Below, piece by piece: positions 1 through 6,062 of a DNA stretch of 64,000 nt. The notes below the pieces were generated by a model. That model ran no database searches. It was not told the origin of the DNA and was given only the letters and a program-made list of their open reading frames with translations. The stretch's first letter is position 1, and the number at the start of each line of letters is the position of its first letter. The position numbers were made by a program, and so were the translations under genes. The DNA is from Telluribacter humicola (lineage in GTDB: Bacteria > Bacteroidota > Bacteroidia > Cytophagales > Spirosomataceae), in NCBI GenBank assembly GCA_040394475.1, contig JBEBSD010000030.1, forward strand, positions 33 to 64,032. The letters run 5' to 3'.

Positions 1-20
1 TTCGAATCCAAACGGGATCA
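1..20 (+). tRNA. Probable 3' end of a tRNA gene cut by the window edge
   Basis: Window opens with TTCGAAT (canonical T-loop), then CCAAA (5-nt T-stem strand starting CC), CGGGATC (7-nt acceptor strand) and discriminator A. No encoded CCA. Too little is visible to assign an isotype. Confidence 0.4.
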
Positions 21-30
21 CTTGAAAATC

Positions 31-61
31 AGGCACTTAGCAGCAATGTTGAGTGCTTTTT
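31..61 (+). terminator. Possible intrinsic terminator after the tRNA fragment
   Basis: AGGCACT (31-37) pairs with AGTGCTT (52-58, one G-U), 14-nt loop, T-run follows. The loop is long, so this is only moderate. Confidence 0.3.
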
Positions 62-94
62 GCTTCTTTCACAGTACTGAATTACGGGGTCAGC

Positions 95-250
95 CCACCG
101 TGGTCTGTGTCTTCACAGACCATGGTGGATTCCAGCATAAAACGGCTCAAGCGTAAAACTTGTGGAGTACGTTGTATTTTTCCGGCTTCCACCGTGGTCG
201 GTGTCTTCACAGACCATTCGCGACTAAAGCGTAACGCCTGTGGCCCGCGC
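95..250. repeat. Family A hairpin repeat, two tandem copies
   Basis: CCACCGTGGTCTGTG-TCTT-CACAGACCATGGTGG at 95-128 (15-bp arms, one mismatch). A diverged second copy lies at 189-220. The flanks AAGCGTAA..TGTGG are also duplicated. Confidence 0.85.
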
Positions 251-257
251 TGACCCG

Positions 258-305
258 GCAAAAAAGTAACACGGAGGGCACAGAGGTAAAACACAGAGGA
301 AGTCA
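258..305 (-). repeat. Family E element (reverse orientation)
   Basis: Reverse complement reads CCTCTGTGTTTTACCTCTGTGCCCTCCGTGTTACTTTTTTGCC. This matches the core of the 113-bp tandem units at 53387-53722. Confidence 0.75.
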
Positions 306-345
306 CTGAGAAAAATGACTTGAGATTTGGGATCCAGTACAGAGG

Positions 346-564
346 GTGATAAAATTCACGGGTCATGCTCTTGATCAAATGCAATCAAGGGGTAGTATTT
401 CTCCGAGCCTAGTCCTTGATATAATTAAGAATCCTGCAAGAGCGTTGCCTGGGAACACTCCGGGTACATCAGTTTTCATTAGAGACAATATAAAAGTTGT
501 TACAAACAAGGCAGGTGATAACATGACTGTTTTTTCCTATTGGCAAAACGAATTTATACAATGA
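346..564 (+). CDS. Orphan toxin C-terminal fragment, DUF4258-like (putative RNase-type toxin)
   Basis: 72 aa with only a GTG start; the frame opens at 319 with no ATG. The motif F-T-G-H-A-L-D-Q-M-Q-S-R-G-I-S resembles the DUF4258 signature H-A-x-x-R-M-x-x-R-G-I. The stop overlaps the next gene's start as ATGA (561-564). Confidence 0.45.
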   Translation: MIKFTGHALDQMQSRGSISPSLVLDIIKNPARALPGNTPGTSVFIRDNIKVVTNKAGDNMTVFSYWQNEFIQ

Positions 565-983
565 GACTTAAAGGTGATATAGGTAAACTGGAAATAGAAA
601 TCTTGAAGAGAAGCAACTCTGAAACGGAAGATTATTGGGACGCTAATTGGCTTGAATCAGAGATTAGAATAGATGTTCCGGGTTTTAGTGCCTTTTATGG
701 AACGAATCTGAGAGTTGATGACCTAAAAAGCTTTTATGAGAGGCTTACTGCTTTGCAGAACAGTAGTAGAAAAGAAGCAGAATTTGCTACATTGGAAGAA
801 GGCTTATATTTGTACTGTGAATTGGCCCCCAATGGCAGTGTAAATTGTAAAGGAAGCACAAATAATGGTACCGGAAACAGTTTGAACTTTAACCTTCAGA
901 CAGATTTAGCATCCTTAGGTGTTTTTGTAGACGAACTTAGAAAGATTTTAACATCTTATCTATTAATAGGGAATTTAGAATAA
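561..983 (+). CDS. Putative immunity protein, WapI-family-like
   Basis: ATG at 561 overlaps the upstream stop. There is no signal peptide. The segment LEIEILK...DYWDANWLESEIRIDV resembles my recollection of WapI-type immunity proteins (D-A-N-W-L block). Confidence 0.5.
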   Translation: MRLKGDIGKLEIEILKRSNSETEDYWDANWLESEIRIDVPGFSAFYGTNLRVDDLKSFYERLTALQNSSRKEAEFATLEEGLYLYCELAPNGSVNCKGSTNNGTGNSLNFNLQTDLASLGVFVDELRKILTSYLLIGNLE

Positions 984-1141
984 ATAAAAATTGAAGTTAA
1001 TGCTTATCAGGTACAATATTCTTATGATGACTTCTATCCAGCCGGCGCAAATTCCTTAAAGGATATAAATGAACAAACATTAATGAATATTAAAACTTCA
1101 AATGGTAGATCTGTTTATGGAAATTTAAAAGATATAAAGAA

Positions 1142-1852
1142 ATGATAAGCATGTTATTGACGTTAATAGCAGCAATTAATTTAATTTGCTGCATGCCTAC
1201 GAAAGGTCAAAAAGCTAAAGAAATATCAGGTATATATGAACAACAGGAAAGTTCGGAGAAATTGGAGTTAAAACCTGATGGGGCCTATACATTAATTAAT
1301 GCTGAAGTTTTATTTACTCCGGTCATAGAACAATGCGAATACGCATCCAAAGGGAAGTGGTCTCTAATGGCCGATAATGTGCTTTGTATTACAAGTGAAA
1401 ATTACTATTTAGAGGAAAAAGGATATGAGTATGAAATGGAAAAACAGCATAAATTTTCTTCAGATAGTTTGTATATACGAGTAGTATTTCCTACCGATTT
1501 TCATCCTGTTAAATTGAATTTTTCATTTAATCATAACAATAGCAAATCAATAACAACAGATAGTACTTATATCGTACTCGCTAAATCAAATTATTTATGG
1601 AATAGAAGAGCCGGGACTAACCATATTAGTTTTGACATGAATGCTTATGTGTCGGGAACTACACTTTATAAAAGTAGAATAATGTTTGAGATTTTTAATG
1701 AGTATGTAGACACTGAAAAGTACAATTTTCTTACCATTTATTTACCGAATTTTGATAGATGTTTTTTTGAATTCGAACCATATAATCAAGAGTTCATATA
1801 TATTAAAGGTAATAATCAGTTACTATGGAAAGGGGAAGTATGGCATAAATAG
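1142..1852 (+). CDS. Lipoprotein of unknown function, candidate periplasmic immunity protein
   Basis: 236 aa. The N-terminus MISMLLTLIAAINLICC has a lipobox-like L-I-C-C. A+T-rich. The start overlaps (ATGA, 1142-1145) the stop of a start-less 53-codon frame at 984-1145. Confidence 0.45.
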   Translation: MISMLLTLIAAINLICCMPTKGQKAKEISGIYEQQESSEKLELKPDGAYTLINAEVLFTPVIEQCEYASKGKWSLMADNVLCITSENYYLEEKGYEYEMEKQHKFSSDSLYIRVVFPTDFHPVKLNFSFNHNNSKSITTDSTYIVLAKSNYLWNRRAGTNHISFDMNAYVSGTTLYKSRIMFEIFNEYVDTEKYNFLTIYLPNFDRCFFEFEPYNQEFIYIKGNNQLLWKGEVWHK

Positions 1853-1924
1853 TTAATCGGATAGCCAAGCTAAGAGTGCAAATGTATTTTTATTGCTCGG
1901 GTCCTTTTTGGAAGGTGGGGAGTC

Positions 1925-2683
1925 GTGGATCCGATGGCGGAGATTTATGAAGACATAACCCCCTATAATTATGTCTTTTCTAATCCAATCCTTTGGACAG
2001 ATCCAGATGGGAGATGTCCAACTTGCCCGCAGGGAGATGAAGCTGCATCTACTTATAAGCCCGGAGCGATTGTAACCAATCAATACGGCTCTTGGACTTG
2101 GACGGGTTCAGAATGGCAGGATAATTTACCATCATCAGTGCCTGCCGGTTCTCAGGTTATGACGCCTGTTTCAGGCGCTTTGGGCTGGTTGGATCAGTTT
2201 TGGAGTGGAAACCGTAGTTATGTAGATGGTAGGCAGGTTAGTAGTTCAGGTGAGCTATTGAACACTTACACATCTAGAACGGGAACCCCGCCAGATTTGG
2301 GTATTGGAAAAGTTGGGTCTACTATTAAAATAGGGATTAGTCTAAAAAAACTTTTAGGGACTTATAGTTGGTCAAGCAGTCGAATAGCTCAAGCAGCCAA
2401 ACAACTCAATAGTGGTAGTAAAACAGTAAAAGTGGCAACTCGGGCGGAAGCGGAAGAGCTTTTCTTGGGTTTATTTCAAGGAAAAGGTTTTCGTAATACA
2501 ACTGGAATGTCAGCAAAAGAAGCCAAAGATTTTTTTGGAAAGGCCGGTACTTACCATTGGGATGATGTAACTGACGCTGCTGGTAGATTAGTAAATCATT
2601 CTGCATCCAATTCGCATGGAGCAATGAAACATTTGCAAATTCACGATGAAAGTGGTAAAATAATTAGAATCTTTTTTGAGTAG
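1925..2683 (+). CDS. Orphan RHS-core tip fused to an unclassified C-terminal toxin domain
   Basis: The frame is open from 1874 (..ARVLFGRWGVVDPMAE..) with no ATG before the homology. It contains SPYNY-type TPYNYVFSNPILWTDPDG, the RHS/YD core terminal motif. The variable C-terminus carries GTYHWDD and HLQIH motifs. Confidence 0.7.
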   Translation: MDPMAEIYEDITPYNYVFSNPILWTDPDGRCPTCPQGDEAASTYKPGAIVTNQYGSWTWTGSEWQDNLPSSVPAGSQVMTPVSGALGWLDQFWSGNRSYVDGRQVSSSGELLNTYTSRTGTPPDLGIGKVGSTIKIGISLKKLLGTYSWSSSRIAQAAKQLNSGSKTVKVATRAEAEELFLGLFQGKGFRNTTGMSAKEAKDFFGKAGTYHWDDVTDAAGRLVNHSASNSHGAMKHLQIHDESGKIIRIFFE

Positions 2684-2691
2684 TGATAATA

Positions 2692-3036
2692 ATGGAAGAT
2701 TTTAACAAAAGCGTGTGGAATAGGCTGTATTACCAAGGGGAGTATATTGCTGCCGAGTTACCATCCTCACAAGAAAATTATAGACGTTGGGTTGCCATTT
2801 ATAAAAGCAAGCCTGAGCATCCACTGTCACCTTGGGAGGAATCAGTATACAAATATTCTGTGCTAGATTTTGAACTTGACAGTAACTTAGTAGATGAGTA
2901 CTTTTCTGAGGAAGATAAACTAAATCAAAGAATATTTTATGCCGACTCCGAGGTTACTTTGTTGGATATTCTACATAAACAAAACATAGCACCTTCTTTA
3001 TTTACCTATCCATGGAAGTGTGATTATCCTTTATAA
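2692..3036 (+). CDS. Putative cytoplasmic immunity protein for the preceding toxin
   Basis: 114 aa from the ATG at 2692 (track ORF 2683-3036). It lies immediately downstream of the toxin stop (2681-2683), has no signal peptide, and is followed by a strong terminator. Confidence 0.5.
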   Translation: MEDFNKSVWNRLYYQGEYIAAELPSSQENYRRWVAIYKSKPEHPLSPWEESVYKYSVLDFELDSNLVDEYFSEEDKLNQRIFYADSEVTLLDILHKQNIAPSLFTYPWKCDYPL

Positions 3037-3040
3037 AACA

Positions 3041-3065
3041 AATCCCCGGCACGCCGGGGATTTTG
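3041..3065 (+). terminator. Intrinsic terminator
   Basis: AATCCCCGG-CACG-CCGGGGATT followed by TTTTGC, starting 5 nt after the stop at 3034-3036. Confidence 0.75.
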
Positions 3066-3151
3066 CTTCGCACTTTATAGAGTTCTCTAACGACGTCAGC
3101 GGCTCTAGTGTAACCGGGAATGAGGGATCTGCCGACCCTAAAAGTTCTGTG

Positions 3152-3448
3152 ATGACTATTAAGTTCAGCGACGTTTCGAAAACACTCGGTAGTGGGGAAA
3201 AGGCCAACCTGGAAAGCACTATGGCTCATGAGTTATCTCATCAATATGATAGGGAAACTGGAAAAAGAAACAGGAACGTACCAATTAATGATAAACATAC
3301 GGAGAGAGACCCTAATGAAATTAGAGCCGTTAATGTTGAAAACAGATATCGTGTCAATAATAATATGGAAATGAGAACAAATTATAGCGGAAGAATATAC
3401 CCAAATAGTTTTAAAAAACCAAAGCGGAGAAAAGATGAAGACGGCTAA
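3152..3448 (+). CDS. Putative HExxH metallopeptidase-type toxin fragment
   Basis: The track ORF is 3020-3448, but its first codons lie across the terminator hairpin; the first in-frame ATG is at 3152. It has MAHELSHQYD (HExxH, 3227-3241) and a downstream DPNEIRAVNVENRYR block. No RHS tip is present. Confidence 0.4.
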   Translation: MTIKFSDVSKTLGSGEKANLESTMAHELSHQYDRETGKRNRNVPINDKHTERDPNEIRAVNVENRYRVNNNMEMRTNYSGRIYPNSFKKPKRRKDEDG

Positions 3449-3929
3449 ATACTTATATATTCTCTTCCTAATATTCATGAATAGTTGCGATAGAAAAAAA
3501 GAATGCGTAACGAGCGAGTCTTTTAACCCTAGGTCACCAGCGTATATAAGTTTAGAGACTTCTCAAGGGAAAAAATATTGTATTGGTTACAACGAACTTT
3601 TAAAAGTTACACCTTCTGATGTCATGAATGGTCAACTCGGAATGAAAAAAAGAATAGATATTTATTGTGGCAGTATCAAGCTAGACAGCTCAGATATAAC
3701 CAAGATACTGAATGATATAAATGGTGTCGTGTACGAGATATCAGCCATTCCAGATAGTATAAATTTGAAACTAATGACTGAAATAGCATTGGATTCAAGC
3801 GGTATATTTAAGATTAGGGATTTTGATTATAACTTACGAGGCAACATAATTGATGCAGCCATTGGGAAAGGTTATATTGTTTATTTTGATGACCACGAAG
3901 GGGAATATTTTTGGGAAAGAAAAAATTAA
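3435..3929 (+). CDS. Lipoprotein, candidate periplasmic immunity protein
   Basis: 164 aa. The signal peptide MKTAKYLYILFLIFMNSC has a lipobox Cys. It overlaps the upstream ORF's end by 14 nt. Confidence 0.45.
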   Translation: MKTAKYLYILFLIFMNSCDRKKECVTSESFNPRSPAYISLETSQGKKYCIGYNELLKVTPSDVMNGQLGMKKRIDIYCGSIKLDSSDITKILNDINGVVYEISAIPDSINLKLMTEIALDSSGIFKIRDFDYNLRGNIIDAAIGKGYIVYFDDHEGEYFWERKN

Positions 3930-3997
3930 AATAGTGGCATCATAAGCAAAATTACTATCCTTTCGGGCTCAGTATCCCCAGGAGTGGGACGGATGCG

Positions 3998-4735
3998 GTG
4001 AATAGGTACCAGTTCCTGAATAGGGAAAAGCAGCCCGAGACAGGGTACATGGATCTGATGCTGCGTTTTTACGATCCGAGTATCGGGAGGTTTATGCAGG
4101 TCGATCCGGTGACGGAGACGCAAGAGAATTATTCCACCTACCAATATGGATGGAATAACCCGATCTTACAGAGTGATCCGAATGGAGATTGTCCCTCATG
4201 TCCGCAAGGCGAGGAAGCTGAAAAAGTTTATGCAGTTGGGGCGCAGGTGACCAATAAAGATGGATCTTGGACTTGGACTGGTAAAGAATGGCAGACCAAT
4301 ACGGTTAACGGCGAAGCACAAAATGCCAGTACGGTGGCATTGCCCTTAACTCTGTCACTACCATTAGCTGGATTAGGGGAAAAGGTGACAGAGATTTCCT
4401 TGAACGGATTGAAAGCCATTGCCACTGTGCCATTAATGACGCTGGCATTTGTACTCACACCAACCACGGCAAATGCGCCCGCACCAGTATTTGGCGACAA
4501 CCGTACGTATTATACACCACCTCCTCAAACTCTCCCTGGATTTCCCGGCGCAAAGAAGGTACCAAGAAGAGGCAGGGCTCGTTGGGTAACCCCTGATGGC
4601 GATATCTTGGAATGGGACTCTCAACACGGCGAAGTTGAAGTTTATAACAAGCGTGGAAAACATAAAGGAGTAGCTGATCCCAATACCGGGGAGATGCTAA
4701 AAGATCCCGTTCCTGGTAGGACAACCGAAAATTAA
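3998..4735 (+). CDS. Orphan RHS-core tip fused to a colicin E3-like cytotoxic rRNase domain
   Basis: The frame is open from 3935 (..NYYPFGLSIPG..NRYQFLNREKQPETGYMDLMLRFYDPSIGRFMQVDP..YQYGWNNPILQSDPNG), a typical RHS repeat-associated core end. The C-terminus RARWVTPDGDILEWDSQHGEVEVYNKRGKHKGVADPNTGEMLKDPVPGR aligns with the colicin E3 segment KRKRWTGDKGRKIYEWDSQHGELEGY..GSFDPKTGNQLKGPDP. Confidence 0.8.
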   Translation: MNRYQFLNREKQPETGYMDLMLRFYDPSIGRFMQVDPVTETQENYSTYQYGWNNPILQSDPNGDCPSCPQGEEAEKVYAVGAQVTNKDGSWTWTGKEWQTNTVNGEAQNASTVALPLTLSLPLAGLGEKVTEISLNGLKAIATVPLMTLAFVLTPTTANAPAPVFGDNRTYYTPPPQTLPGFPGAKKVPRRGRARWVTPDGDILEWDSQHGEVEVYNKRGKHKGVADPNTGEMLKDPVPGRTTEN

Positions 4736-4756
4736 TGATTCTAAGAAAGAGAAGAC

Positions 4757-5005
4757 ATGGAGATAACAAGACTAATTAGTGTATACGATAAGCAGACGCA
4801 AGAATTATTGAAGGAATACAATATTGATTTCATCAAATTTGATACTTTGAAGAAAATGTTTAATCCTCCAGACGATGATCCGTTAATGTATAATTTTTAT
4901 TGGGTTGAAGAATCCCAGCTTGAAGAGATGAAGCAATTAGTTGATGTCAATTTTGACTTAACTAAGTACATATACCAATTGGAATGCTTCCAGGCAAACA
5001 CTTAA
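4757..5005 (+). CDS. Putative immunity protein for the E3-like RNase
   Basis: 82 aa, acidic, no signal peptide, 21 nt downstream of the toxin stop and followed by a terminator. It is not similar to the ImmE3 sequence as I recall it. Confidence 0.5.
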   Translation: MEITRLISVYDKQTQELLKEYNIDFIKFDTLKKMFNPPDDDPLMYNFYWVEESQLEEMKQLVDVNFDLTKYIYQLECFQANT

Positions 5006-5025
5006 AAATGATTGCTTTAAACATA

Positions 5026-5053
5026 AAAAGCCCCATTCCACCCGGGCTTTTTA
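5026..5053 (+). terminator. Intrinsic terminator closing the toxin island
   Basis: AAAAGCCC (5026-5033) pairs with GGGCTTTT (5044-5051), 10-nt loop, T-run. Confidence 0.6.
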
Positions 5054-5249
5054 TGTTTACGAGGTTAACGCCTGCTTCCCCTTATGATCTGTCAGCGGCG
5101 AGGAAGTGTCAAAAACAAGAGAACTTATCGCCTCCTCTTATACTGAGCGTTCGTGCGGGCACATGATAATGAATGAGATTGCGTCAAAATACATGAGAGT
5201 GCTGCTGCGACCGATAATGACAGTCCCGTAGTCTGGTTCACCACATTTA

Positions 5250-5918
5250 TCATTTCAACAGCTCCACTATTTCTTTAAAGCCGCGGGACTGTGCATGCTG
5301 CAGGGGAGTTACGCCGTTGTGGTCGGGAATCGCTAACCGGGCTCCGGCGTCTTTCAAAATCTGTACGATCTGCTGGTATTTTTTGCTGCCGTCACCCAAA
5401 ACAATGGCTTCCATTAAAGCCGTCCAACCCAAGCGGTTGACATGGTCTATCGGATAATTTGGGGTCGTTGCCAGTAACCTGACGGTTTCTACATGTCCGC
5501 GTTCGCAAGCCGGTATCAGCGCCGATCCGTTGTACCGGTTAAAAATATCAAAACGCGCCCCGTTGTTCAGAAACAGTTGTACCAGTTCCGTTTGTCCGCT
5601 CGCACCGGCATATAGAAAAGGGCTATCCTGGTTGTCGGCTTGCAGATTGACATCTGCTCCGTGCTTTACCAGTAATTTTGCCATATCGGTTTGCCGGTTG
5701 TTGACCGCAATCAATAATAAGGAGCGTTTACGGTTATCTGTAGTATTGACATCCGCTCCGTTTCCCAGCGCCTTTGCGACTTCTTGTAGATTGTTTTTCC
5801 TGACTAAACTTAAAATGTCATGATCTTTCATTACTTCAGTTTGCGTAGCTTCTCTTGTCCTTGCATGACAGGAGGTGGTTGATAAGATAAGTGTCAGTAA
5901 AAAAACGGCGGTTTTCAT
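5250..5918 (-). CDS. Ankyrin-repeat lipoprotein
   Basis: 222 aa. Signal/lipobox LILSTTSC. Repeated ankyrin signatures (G-A-D-V-N, LLxxGA, TPLxxA). Confidence 0.85.
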   Translation of the reverse strand: MKTAVFLLTLILSTTSCHARTREATQTEVMKDHDILSLVRKNNLQEVAKALGNGADVNTTDNRKRSLLLIAVNNRQTDMAKLLVKHGADVNLQADNQDSPFLYAGASGQTELVQLFLNNGARFDIFNRYNGSALIPACERGHVETVRLLATTPNYPIDHVNRLGWTALMEAIVLGDGSKKYQQIVQILKDAGARLAIPDHNGVTPLQHAQSRGFKEIVELLK

Positions 5919-6062
5919 GGTCAGTCGATTTTAACGTACAATATCCCTCAGGCACATCAGTGATGTAACGGGAGCGAAACCGCCTCGGCAGCATTCCGGA
6001 TTCTGTAGCGTAACCGGCACATCCAACCTCCGTCAGTTGCCCCTCATGGAAAATCACCAGGG

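Noticed and set aside
5006-5250. Second attachment site (direct repeat of the tRNA 3' end) or an integrase marking the right end of the toxin island
   Set aside because: No copy of the TTCGAATCCAAACGGGATCA segment and no recombinase ORF is present. The island boundary is inferred only from composition and gene content.
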